From Phoronis australis (taxonomy: Eukaryota; Animalia; Phoronida), in the NCBI GenBank assembly GCA_002633005.1, contig NMRA01000437.1:154330-218329 (forward strand): a stretch of 64,000 nucleotides of DNA. The letters are read 5' to 3'. Below are positions 48,359 through 60,949 of this stretch, piece by piece (the first letter of the stretch is position 1; each line of letters starts with the position of its first letter). Position numbers and translations under genes: made by a program. The notes beneath the pieces are model-generated. The model was not told the origin of the DNA and made no database searches. It saw only the letters and a list, made by a program, of their open reading frames with translations.

Positions 48359-51300
48359 ATGAAGACCGCTTGTATACTCTTGTTAACGATTTTCGTTTTT
48401 CGTTTATCAGCAGAAGAAAGCGGGGATTCCAGTGTTACGCATGCGAGTGAATTGACGAAAATGATGGAACATCAAGACCACAGTTTTGAAATGTTGCAGG
48501 AAAATCTGAATCATAGATTTGATGAAATGCAAAACAAAATCGATGACGTCAGTCATGCAGCAAAATCTTTAAAAATGGATTTTAGTTCTAAGCTGATAGC
48601 GGCCATGGCGAATTTAGGGAACGATGTTTCAGAACAGTCTAAAGATTTCCTCAAAAGAATGGACGTGTTGGAGGGAGGACTGCGTCAGAGGTTACGTAAC
48701 ATAGCTACCCGGATGAATAAATGTCCATCCGATTACATAGGCAATGCCCATGGATGTTACAAATTTTACATTGGTCATAATTGTTGGATGGAAGCCAGGA
48801 GACGATGTCGCAAGGATGGCGCACACTTGGTCGCCATAGAGACGGAAAGTGAGATGAACGCTCTACAGACTCTTATCCGCATGAATGGGTTCACTGACAA
48901 CTGGTTCTGGTTGGGTGGTTCTGACAGCGCAAATGAAGGAAGGTGGTTGTGGGATGGCACGGGTGCGCCACTGTCCTACACCAACTGGAGAAAAGGTAAC
49001 TCTTGAAAATTAATAATGCGACGATCACCTGATATTTTTGTCGCTTTTCACGGTAACATGCCATTTGCCTACAAGCAATGTATAACTTCTAGAATTACCT
49101 TTTCGTATCCTCTAAACACATGTTGTTCTAACATCGGGACATTCACCTATTGTATTTCCTGTTGTGAGAGGATCAAAAAATTACCGATAAAATTTAGTTC
49201 CATTTTTCGAATAAAGAACTGACAAATATTTCAACCCACAGCGAATTCATTACGGTGAGCAAATGTAATATGTTATCTCGTGGGTGGAGACATGACATAA
49301 GAATAATATCCAAATTGTGTGTTTTTATTGAATTTTCAGTTTTAAAATGGTGTCATTCTAAACTGACGGCTTGTCGCAGTTCTTAGAGACTTTTTGTGAA
49401 ATGCTTTGCACCAAGAAACGTATCTTGGTGCTAGTGTATGTTTAGTACATGATGACGTATCGGCCACTATGGTAAACGATTTGGTCCCATAAGTAGGAAT
49501 AGGGATTCGAAATGCAGTCACATCACATTTTCAAAAATTTGCCGGTCATGGATTTCTTCCAATTCAAGAAACCACGGAGGCAACTTAGCACTTGGACATT
49601 TTTAGCAGAATTATGCGTTTGGATTTTAATTTTATTTCACTGGGTCCAAAATGTCTAAACGACGTCGTACTAAACGAGCGGAACTTTCAGTATGCTCCCG
49701 ATTTACACACTTCAAAGGTATTGCTTTTGGATTTCTCGCTCAAACATGTTCGACAAAAGGACAAAATCAGGTGCGGAAATGGTGCACGGCTGTTCCTACG
49801 TTCGGAACGTACGCAGTTCAGAGGTCTGTTTCATAAAAAGTGACTTAAAGGTTCTCTTTCCTTCACATTTACTAGATTAGAAAACTGAGTGAGTTTCGTC
49901 AGTCGAAGGATATCACTAAATATAAACATATCGAAACTTTCAGCTCTGCTTGTGTTTGCCATATTCTACTATTAATTAACTTTTTAAAAACGTGGAGGCG
50001 GGGTTTCGGAGGAAACCTCATTACATATGGCGGCAGTTACATGTAAGTGAGTACCCATAATGCATGAGTCAGTTGTCACTCACTACCGCGACCATTTTAG
50101 GTGGTGGTTCACTACCTAATAGACTAAGAAATTCATATTCAATTCATTTCAGTTTGAAAACATTTGGAGTTGCGTTGAATGAAAATAATTTGGGGTTAAG
50201 TTTTAACTGAACTTGCGTTAAAGAATGTTTTATTATTAAAAGTTTGTCACTAGAATGAAGCGGACAAAGTATAACTTGGGTAGAAAATTTGCTCTTACGC
50301 TCCACACAGCTATTTCTGAAAAATAATTAAATCTCACTTATGTATGAAAACGTCCAAAATCTTTGAGAATACACACATAACGGGTAGTTACCGAAATAAT
50401 TTCTGTAAACCATTTCTAGTCTCATAATGCGTACAAAACCAAAAAAAAAAAATTCAACAACTGTGGAATGGAAGCGTAAGACCAAATTTTTTTCTTTGAC
50501 CTACGTCACAACCAAACCTCATCCCAAATGTGCCCCGTGACTGTGACGTCATAGACGATGTGAATTTTGATCTAAAACGTATCATTGTATGTGTCGACAT
50601 TCGTGCGTTGTCGTGTGACTAAGTAGGTGGAACGCACGGGTCCTTCATGGTTTCAATCCTTCCTTTATAAAATCCTGTGAAGTCTTCAAGTTTAGCTGAC
50701 ATCCAAAATCACTAACTTAAGTAAATGCGTATGGTATATTTCATTGCTAGTTTAGGCACAAATATTGTCTATCTGAGGCAATCTTAACACCTAACGAATG
50801 AACGAACACTCGTCTGGAAACGCCGACGATTTTAGGTATATGTGCAGTGTCGCATTAAGGTATTTCAGGGGCCTAAAGATATAAAAAGTTTGGAGCCAGT
50901 AGTCATTACAATTCCCACCTTTTGCCACAATTTTCAAACTGCCCTTTTCCGTCGCCTCAGCTTTCGAGGAGGCTGTGACGGGGCCCCAACGTTCACTTCC
51001 ACTTGTCGCCACGCCTTTTGAAGCACCGATGTGTTGACAAGATAGGGCCCCTACTATTTCGTGCGCTCGCGACGCCCTTTGCTGCAGTTTTTTAAGTTAG
51101 TAGATTATCCAGCCTGCCGGTCGCCCAGTTTTTAATAGCTCTTGTGGAGATGAAGCGTTCGTTTTGCGCAGGGCCCCAAGCTGTAGCTCATTATTTAGCT
51201 AAATGAGTAATATGGTGCTGAAGGTGGCGAGCACTATCAGCAAGCCTGTGACTTTCCGGCAGGGGTACGAACAAATTGGTTAAGTTTTTGCACTTAACAA

Positions 51301-51475
51301 TTTGCAAAATATTTCAATTGTATTTGTAGGATTCCCTGATGGCGACAAGACAAAGAACTGTTTGAGAATGACGTCATACTCGTACTACAAGAACAAGTGG
51401 GATGACCAGCCGTGTGCACACTGCTTCAGGGATTTTATCTGTGAAATGAAAAAGCCGGGAATGAAAATGAACTAA
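48359..51475 (+). CDS. Secreted C-type lectin with N-terminal coiled-coil neck (260 aa; exons 48359-48995 and 51330-51475)
   Basis: Signal peptide MKTACILLLTIFVFRLSA, then a helical heptad-like region. CTLD reads CPSDY....GCYKF...W.EARRRC...GAHLVAIETESE...WLGGSD...EGRWLW......YTNWRK|GFPDGDKTKNCL...KWDDQPC....DFICE. Phase-1 GT/AG intron, TAA at 51473-51475. Confidence 0.92.
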
Positions 51476-51550
51476 GTAATCATGAAGCTTTCTCAGACAA
51501 ATGGGTGTGTTCTCTTGGAGACATTTGTGAGTTTAAAATGACGCATATTG

Positions 51551-51710
51551 CAGGGGCGGATCCAGGATTTTTAGTTAAAGGGGGAGCAGGGAAGAGTATT
51601 AGCCAGGATTTTGCCAGTCAGACATTCGCACCCCCGTAGTGCCAAATGGAATCTGGGAGAATTTAAGAGGGAGCCATGGCCCCTTTGGCCCGCCTCTAAA
51701 TCCGCCACTG
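51551..51710. mobile_element. ~160-bp MITE, CAG(G/T)GGCGGAT TIR family, just 3' of the lectin stop codon
   Basis: caggggcggatccagg...taaatccgccactg with flanks TATTG / CATTG. Same family as 56165-56296 and 42660. Confidence 0.8.
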
Positions 51711-52723
51711 CATTGTGAACCTATATGTTAGGATGTGTCATTCCGTACGAGAGGACAAACTTTGAGGAAGATACAGAATCGGCAGAAATGTTTTCAGTGT
51801 TCAACGGCACGTGCAGTAACGAAAAAATACGGCCGACATACACAAGTACAAAGCTACACAGGAAGCAAAATGTGGATGTTTTTAGCTCACAGAACATTAA
51901 CATTTTGGCAATTTTTACATAGCTAGTTTTTGATTCCTCTTAGTTCAGATGCACTTCTGTCCGTCTCATTCAACTGGTTTCGGCTACACTACAAGGAGAT
52001 TCGGTTCAGTGCGACATCTATTGAGCACATGTTGGTAACTGCGATGAAATATGGAGGTCTGTTTACACGGAACTGATTATAACTAACTATTCTAGAACCC
52101 ACTTGGAGCGTTCGTGTAGGTTGTTGCCGAATGGTGTGCAACGCCCATCCTGATAATAACAACAGATGGCACTGTACATATTGTAGATATGTAAGGTCAG
52201 CTCGAAAGATAAGGTTACGACTTTTAGTTATTTGTAAAAGATTTTTCTGTTGGCTTACGTACGAGTCATTCATTGAATGGGTATCGTAGATGTTTCACTC
52301 GTAATTCTCGGTAGTTTAAGGTTAACGGATTCCTACCAAGATGGAAGTGATTCTTCTCTGAATTTTGAAGATTTCAGATTATGGAACTAGTTCACAAAAG
52401 GTCTGGCTCGTTATCGACCATTGTACATCGAGTTGTTTATATTCAACGTAAATAGCGAACTCCTTTGCAATCATTGCCAAAAAACACAAAATACTTCTGA
52501 TATTTATTATTTCATAATTGACCGAACATAAAAACTGAGCTATGTTGTACATACACGATTTCAGTAACAAAAACTTCCTTTACCATTAAAAATATACAGT
52601 TCTAATTTGTCCAAATAAGTCATTGGAATGAGAATCCTTTAAAAGTATTTTTCACTTGTTAGAACACATTCTGAAAATCACAGATAGTTCCATTACGGGA
52701 TTTGCCTAAACACTTCCATTCGT

Positions 52724-53264
52724 TCATTTCCTCACGCCTCGTTTACCAAATCCAGGTCCAAAGAAGCGCCCGTCTAAACGCTTCCCAAACCCTGCGCTAA
52801 AAAATTTGCGGTCCATTCGCTTCTCTTCCGCGTTATCTCTTTTACCAAACACGGGTTTATAAAATCGCGAATCTAGACGTTTTCCAAAGGTAGCGTGGTA
52901 AAACCGACCATCTAAGCGCTTTCCAAAACCAGCATGGAAAAAACGACTATCTAATCGCTTATCATTGTTGTACAGACGTTTGCCAAATCCTGGGCTGTAA
53001 AACTGGGAATCAAGTCGCTTTTGCAAATCGTCGTCTTTGTCGAATCCCGTAGTATAAAAGGGTCTATCCAGTTCCATGCCTTTCAATAATGACCTGTCAA
53101 TACTGTCGTCCGATTCACTTCGTTTTCCGAAACCTGGGCTGAAAAACCTGGCATCCATTCTTTTGTTCATTCCATCGTCAGTCTTGAGCTCGCTCGACTT
53201 CAGGTCGTCCGAACAGACCATGACATGGACGAAGAAACCACACAGCACAATGCCTACTTGTTTC
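52724..53264 (-). CDS. Neuropeptide precursor, buccalin/allatostatin-A-like, main coding exon
   Basis: Acceptor ttttccag|G. Hydrophobic signal KQVGIVLCGFFVHVMVCS. Seven KR-[M/L]DxxF[F/Y]xxxF-G-KR units: MDARFFSPGF, LDSQFYSPGF, LDSRFFHAGF, LDGRFYHATF, LDSRFYKPVF, MDRKFFSAGF, LDGRFFGPGF. These align without gaps to Aplysia buccalin A (G)MDSLAFSGGL-amide. The precursor call is firm; the family call is less so. Confidence 0.9.
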
Positions 53265-56164
53265 CTGGAAAATGAAAATATGAAAATAAGCAAGTGCTTA
53301 GTCTGAACTCAGAAGTGTTCTCCTATAAAAATGATTAGACATTTATTGGCACTCATTGCCATGATCCTCAAGAAAAGAAAACTGGAGATCCAGTTCGATG
53401 CGTTTTATGCGTATTATAGAATGTCCAAATTTTGATGTCTTCGGAACATTTTATCTCAAATATGCAGATACAGTACCGCACTGTTCTTAAAAACGGTGTT
53501 AGGACCGGGTTGTTCTTAAAACGTTCGGCTTAGGTCTGAGAGGCTATCAAATGTCTGGACTGGAATTTTACAACTTCATCAAACGTTGCACCAAACCAAC
53601 ACGTACGTAAGACCTTATCGACAACTCTGTGTATTCAGACGAATGTGTACGATAGCAAGAAAACTTATCATTTTCTGAATTGAGAAAGCCTATAATATTT
53701 GATTTTTTGACTTTATACTAGTCTGCCGTTGATTGGGTCATGCGGTCATGACATTTTAGCAAAATTAAGCAAAAAATAAGTACAATCATAGCAAATAAAA
53801 CAAAGCTAACAATAGCGTGATAAATTTTCGTTTACCGTAATATAAAAGTTTATGATCAAATCTCCAAAATGATGTTACGTTTTCTAAGTTTTTATTTCCT
53901 TTCCTTATTATAAAACCTTTCAGTTTTTCTAATCCATTCAGATGACCTCAAATTTCTCCTTGAAGTTCTACGTTATCTGGGGATGTTCGGACTTCAGTCA
54001 TACGGCAAGTAATTCCACTTTCAAACAGGATAATGATTGCCGTTTGATTGAAGTTTCGACGTATGCGCAGATAACGTTCACCTCCTCGGGTAACTAAAGG
54101 CTACGGAAAACCGAATGCCTTTATATTGAAACCTACAATGTGCACCCTTCATTGACGGGTACGCGTTTATTTCAGAGCATATTTGAGCGAAATTGTTAAT
54201 GTTTTCACGGGGGTCTCTGCTGCTGTTATCTATAGAGTTGCGAGTTGAAACTTCACTTCATTGTGAAAGACCAGAGCAGAGAGCCGCTTCTGAGATAAAA
54301 TACTTGAAACTCGTTGTACGACAACGGCAATCATATTTCAACTAGGTGTTTTGCGGAACGTTTGACATTATGGTAACCTAGAAACCAAAAGAATAGTCAT
54401 ATAAGCTACACATACATCTTTCTTTTTATACTAGATTAATTTCGATTCATTAGGATGAAAAAGATCAATTTCTACTCGAAGTAAAGAATTCGTTGAACCT
54501 GGAAATGTTTCCACTCAAGCAAATGAAATGGTACAAAACAAGTAACGAGTGTCTAGTAGTTTAATGTCTCAGTACAATGATTTGTACGATACAGCCTTGT
54601 GGTCCTTGACCCTCAGCGCATGCGTAGTCATAACAGGAAGCATTTTGACAGCATTGCTAAAATGACATGGATACGACGGCTCCTAGATATCTCCTCTCTC
54701 TGTCATTTCTGCATTACTGCTCTTCCGACTTTAATTATTGAATATGACTGGTAATGCAATACGTATGATGTGTAAATTGATTTTGTCCATCATGTTCCTT
54801 CCCACATTACAAGGAATCCAAACCATATCTTGGTGACCGGGTACTCAAAAATTCCTTTCATCATCTCCTATTTCATAACTAGTGCTTCCCTAGAAAGATA
54901 AGAGCAATGTTCAACTAGCATTCGTCGATGTGACGCAAAATATATTCCAGTCCGAGGCTCGCGACACTCGAGTTTTCGTAAACTCGCCCGTCGTTGTGTT
55001 AGTCACGTTTGTAGCTTTGGCAAATTTGTGAGGAATTCTCGAACTTGAATCAAACTTCAGGATGGTCGAAGGCCGACAGAGTTTTATTTTGTTTCAAATG
55101 TTTAAGTGTTCAGTTAATGGTGAATACCCGGGTGTGATTACCCTTTAAATGACAAAAACGGACACGAACATAAGCAGCTCATAATCGTGTTCGACGAAAA
55201 TGAATAATGAAGATCGTAATTCAACCTTTTCTTCAAAAATGGAAAAAGTAATGATATCAAAAGATTTCAATTATTTTATAATTAAAGATTTCATATCAAG
55301 TGCTTTAAACGTCCCTAATTTTCACACCTCAAGGCATGGATTATAGATGACTTAGTGCAATGCGGAAACAATTAAGCTACTACATGTATCACCTGTCGTC
55401 AGCTCATTGTGTTTAGCTGGATTTCAACCTAGGAAATGAATATCTTAAGGCCATTGCCGGAAAGGTGTCGTAGTTATTACCCGTTAACAAAAATAAATTT
55501 ACTGATATTTAGCGATATCAAAAAACAACACAACTAACCCCGGTGTTATCAGAATCGCAACCAGCTTTAAAATCCAGTTAAATCCCATCTATGAACGTGA
55601 ATAATCCACTCACAATCAACATTTTTTTACAATAGATGGAAGCTCTGTTCTATTCTTCCGCGGTCAAAAGAAGCGTGTTTTGTCGTACATAATTATAACG
55701 AAAACGAAGAAACGAAATATAATACAAAAACATTTTCGTTCAATCGCCAATACAATCATTTTTGCTTCATTAATACCGATAGTATCTTTAAACTGACTGT
55801 TTTATTGACGGTCTAACAACAGAATGAGTGATTAGTCTAACCAACGAAAAACTCAACAACAAAATCCGTCAAAATTGGCGCTTTTTATAATCGAAGAGTT
55901 CCCACTATGCTCTTTTTATTTTTTGAAGTTTCAATTCCCTTTTACTGAACGTATACCATAAAATCTAAATGAACCTGCTCCCGTTTTATTAAAGAAGCCA
56001 GATATTTTAAATTTATTAAAGTAAAACGTGCCAGTTTCCCGCCACATGTTTGCATGGGTGGAACACGGGCGGCTGTGCTCTTACTCTGGGCAATAATTGT
56101 TGATCGAATGGATATATTGCAGCCGTTGGGATAAACACTGACATGTTATTTTAAAACCCAGTAT

Positions 56165-56296
56165 CAGGGGCGGATCCAGAGATTGAGTTGGGTTGGGGGG
56201 GGGCGTCAGACATTCGCACTCCCGAAATGCCAAATGGAATCCAGAAGAATTTTGGGGGGTCATAGCGCCCTTGCCCCCTCCCTAAATCCGCCACTG
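56165..56296. mobile_element. MITE, CAG(G/T)GGCGGAT TIR family
   Basis: caggggcggatccag...taaatccgccactg with a 5-bp direct repeat AGTAT on both sides. The internal sequence resembles 51551-51710. Confidence 0.8.
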
Positions 56297-58954
56297 AGTA
56301 TTGTTTGAATTGAAACTGAAATTATTGACAAGTTCGTGTTCTTTTGGACCATTCATTTTCATTCCAACCGACAGCTTGAATTCTCCACCCCGATGAGTTT
56401 GCTGGTTGCCGGAGGAATCGAGGCACGAACACGGGTCAAACCTGAAGGTATTGAGGAAGTAACGAAAACAATGGCGAAAATAATGAAAAAAGTAATCCCC
56501 ATTTGGTTGTGTCTGTTCCCAAGAGGCATACATTTAAAGGGATGTGCTTGTTGTTACGACCGAAAAATGCAATTTTGGGATGGTTGTTGAAAAGGATAGA
56601 CTTTAGCTTTCACCAGAACTATAAAGCAATAAAGTCCGCTTTGTTCTTGTGATTTTATTGCAAATCGCCGATTCTCAAATGCATTTATGCACTCGTGATC
56701 ATGACGGGACTGGTTTCGGAATCGTTTTGTGAAAAAACGTGCACACGGTAGGATCGCTTGTCCATTAACCGTGATTCATTGAGCAACTAGAAAATGTTTT
56801 TTCCAAACGTCGGTTTGTAAAATCAGAGACGAACAACAGAAGGTTTCATTGCTACTTGAACGATAGCAATCATAATTTCTTAAGAAATACTTTGTCTGTA
56901 ACTTTTGGAGACTTTCAATATGAACTTAGGCCCGTATAAGAGCAGTTTATGTTTGAGAGTAGGGCAAACGTCACGTGTGATTTGGATGGTCTCGCGCTTT
57001 CATCTTCTAATATCAACACGACGCGTGCGCAGCTAGCACTTTTGATGAGATCATATCGTGAATCTGATTCGCTCACAAACGGAAGGAGAGAGTTCATTTC
57101 AATCAGAGACATTTTTTTTCAAGGCATGGTTTGTTTTGTTAGCAGCGTAGGTTTAATCAAGCTTGGCAGCATTATCACATACTCAACAGTATCGGAAATA
57201 CGTTTGACGTTGATAAATTAACTCGATTTTGAGAAAGATTTGTCTACCCTAGTATTCGTGGCTATGTGCTCGAGGCCATAAGATGTATTAATAACATCAT
57301 ATGGAAATTGATTTTGTCGCTTGATTTGGAAAATGCATAAGATACGGTTCACTGGGCATTTCCCAACTGACCACGCGTGTAGCGCAATAATACACGGGGT
57401 CTGTAAACGTCGCATCACAAAGAACAAGCCGGATCTCGAGCTGGCGGTTTGTAAAGTGCCAAAGTACTGGTGACCGAATTTAGCGTCACGAATAACACAA
57501 AACCAACAAAAATTTTAGCGCACTTCAATATTCAAAGGTGAATGGACTCATACTGACGGGAGTGTGGCACAATGTCGTTCAAAATATATGTATTTGGCAT
57601 GGCTGGTTGGATTCAATTGAAACTTTTAGATGCGGTGCTTTGTGCACTATTCTCCGAATTGGGACTTTCGAGACTTCGATGAAAACATAAAACGAAAATG
57701 AATGGGTAATTGATACAACTGTAACAACGATTTTAAAATTTCATATTGAACATTTATATAGAAATGGTCATATTATTGAATCTTTATTTATTCTTAAATT
57801 TTATAAAATACTTAGTCACATGGCCATACAGGCATTCTACTTTCAGAAAATATTTTCGTTTTTATGATTGAAATCTGTAGTGCTTTCATATTTGGCAAAA
57901 TGAATTAGACTTATTGATAAGGTCGGCCTCGATTTAAAGAAGCTGAATATTGATTTCGACCACTTGTCGCTTTAAAATTGGTCCCAAATTGTGAGAAGTG
58001 ATTTTAGTCTTGCAAGAAACTGAACGCTTATTATTCCTCGAGACCAATATTGGCGAATAGAATGACACGTCAATTTGTAGAGCCTGGTATCAAGAAATAA
58101 TCACGTGACCACCCTTTTTGCGCGAGAAAAAATTTGAGATCAATCTTATAACGGACCGTGGAAAAGGGTGGCGCCTTGTCGCAAACACATTTTCATCGAG
58201 TTTTTCCCAAGCATGAGTGCACAGTGAACTTAAAAAATACCTCCGTCTACAAACAATTTCAATTTTATCAGTACCGCCGGTACAATTGTTATCAGCCTAT
58301 GTTGATTTACGAAAAAATCTTGATCTAAAGTACGCTCATTTCCTTAGTGGTGATAAAACGTATTACGTCACGTCCATCACTGATTAGCGGAACTCTTAGC
58401 AGTGACATTTTGATATTAATTAACATTACTTCCAACTTGACGTGTAGTACTACAAGAAATTTGTCTAATACTTACCCTAAAACAAATGTTTACCAAATAT
58501 TTGTGGGGAAAAATTAAATGATTGCTAAAAGGGCAAACGCCCTTACTTCCTCATAACGACACGCGTGTTCGTTAAAGAGGTATAAAAGCGAATGACCAAG
58601 AAAATCGAAAAGCCATCGAATGAATTTGTATATTATACTTATATACATTTTTCGTTATGTGGCACGCGACGCCAAAAATACACCCCGTTATTGTGTCACT
58701 TCGTCCATTGTGATCGCCTTTGTCATGTATGCCTGCTTAGGCTTAGGCTCCTATTGATCTTATGAAAAATTTAATCGTCTTATGCTCTTTTTCCCGAGTT
58801 TACTCCTATTTCCATACATGTATTCGTATCGTATGAAGAGTTTCGATTCTCTCCCAAAGATCTATCTATTCGACGATTTTTATCGAAAAGACAGAGAGAG
58901 AAAATGTTAGTATTTTGCATAAGTATTAAAAAAATACAGCAAAACAAAGTTGGA

Positions 58955-58990
<36 letters not shown>

Positions 58991-59045
58991 CGCCCTCGTG
59001 TGTGTATCATCGTACTGTACAATACAATACAATGCAATACAATTA
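58955..59045. repeat. (GT)n(GC)n tract and (ACAAT)n microsatellite
   Basis: Directly visible. Confidence 0.9.
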
Positions 59046-59299
59046 AGCAATATAAAATACAATGTAATTAATAGAGTTATTTGGCAGCAGCTCCACCTGT
59101 AGACAAAGTTAATTGAAAACACAGCAATGATCACAATTAATAATTTTCAACGTTATTTACTGATACAACTCTCTGTATATTTTTGACTTGCATTCGCCGC
59201 TCAATAATAAAGCAGACGACCAAGAAGAAACAGAAAAATAATGATTAAAATGACAACAATATTTCGATGTTCTTGATTCACCACCATGTATGAATGAAA

Positions 59300-60060
59300 T
59301 GACGAAGAGTTACACGAATATTTGACGAAGGACATGACCCACTCAGATGGCATTGAACAGTTTTTTCGCAAGTAGTCATCAAAGACAACAGTTCTTCAAC
59401 CTGTGGATACCTTGTTCCTTGAACCGAATTGCTGTATTGTCAATGATCTCCTGCCTAGTGATTTTACAACCATGGCAATGTAGAGAATGATCTTGTATCG
59501 AACCACTCTGCAAATGTATGGACACGCGCCGAGAAAGGGAACTAACCATGTGGCCGATGTATAATTGCTTACGGGTATTAGGGCAATCACATCCGTCCAA
59601 TGGATTAGCGAATTCATAAACAACGTTGCATCTAGCCAATGGTCGCAATCTCTGGTGTCTTATGTTGTTTTTCATTACCATATTACTTGACTTTATACTC
59701 TGATAGTAGGTAACAGAATTCAGTATATCCCCTGGTTTTACCACTTTGACATTCTGTCGTACGAGTTTCGTAATATCGTGGTTATCACCGAGATACATGT
59801 AGTCACTGGATATACAGTTTTTATAAAAACAGTCTTGTCAATGCCATAGTTGGCTTTAAACACTCAAATCCGTTCTAGAGACAAACGATCTTACACGATG
59901 GTCGACAAAGAGAATTAGTACAACCAGTATTTACTAGTACTTGTTTTATGCGACGGACTTCATCATTAAATGCATTCCCGTCAATACTTTCTGCGCCTTC
60001 TTAGACAATAGGCGAGGACAGTAACTTTGTAACACTGCCATGGTCGATGAATTACTAGGC
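59300..60060 (-). mobile_element. Penelope-like retroelement fragment (post-RT region + GIY-YIG endonuclease)
   Basis: NVVYEFANPLDGCDCP...LYIGHMVSSLSRRVSIHLQSGSIQDH...H matches the VVY..C....YIG.T...L..R...H pattern of Penelope GIY-YIG domains. Confidence 0.8.
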
Positions 60061-60949
60061 ACGAGATCATTGCAACACAGTAAATTGGTACATGGAACAA
60101 GACACCCACAGGTCGAAGATATTAGTATCTTTGATGACTTCTTGGGAAAAAAATGTTGAAAGAACAGCTCACGGGGTTGCGCCGCACGCTAGCCCTGTTT
60201 TCTCAGTACACGTACATGTGTATGTGTATATTCTGCACATACAGACAGCCTGTGACTTGCATCTGGGGGAGTCATGATCTTTCGTCACATGTTTTCGTAA
60301 TCCTGTGACATTTTATTTATACCTCATGACGAGAAAAGAACAGTATCGTGATATAGCTATTGTTTTTAATCATTAGTTTTATGATATCTGTTGGCCGTGT
60401 GCTTTATTGTTACGCTGGACCTCGTGAACTTTCCTGTGTGTTCATCAACTTGTGCCTGAAGGGTGTATACTATTTGTACATTGGACAAACGTTGAAAGGT
60501 TGACATATGGTATCAGCATAATAAACAGTTATATAAATACATAGATAAACCCGACACTTTAATAAAAAATAAAGTGGTTCTACATACCAAGATTCAACAG
60601 AAGACAATATGATGAACAGACAGTTCATAATAACTGCATCTGTATGCTCGTGTGAGAGTGTGCTCGTGAACGTAAGTGCGTGTGCGTGCGCGTATGTGTG
60701 CATATAAATGAGTAATCTGTCTGTAATAGTACAAATTTTATGTGTTTTTGATGGTGGACATGAATCATTGCATAGCAAATATCTTGTATCATTATCATTA
60801 TCATTATTATCATATTTTTGTATTTTCTTGAAAGTTTAGCTGGTTTGTGGTTGTTCATATTATCTAGAACGGCATAGTGCGTTTTTCTATTTTCATTGAC
60901 GATTCCAGCAATGTAAAAACGTAAACATTGAGTTGCCATGGTTGTTTTG

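Noticed and set aside
53265-53293. MLIFIFSFSR start of the neuropeptide ORF
   Set aside because: Non-ATG start, and the sequence is the polypyrimidine tract and AG of the intron.
54092-54125. Minus-strand TATAAA (54125) with a TTAGTT initiator 30 nt downstream, as the neuropeptide promoter
   Set aside because: Spacing is ideal, but I found no downstream donor supplying an in-frame ATG, and it lies inside the better-supported intron 54415-53265. It remains possible as an alternative promoter.
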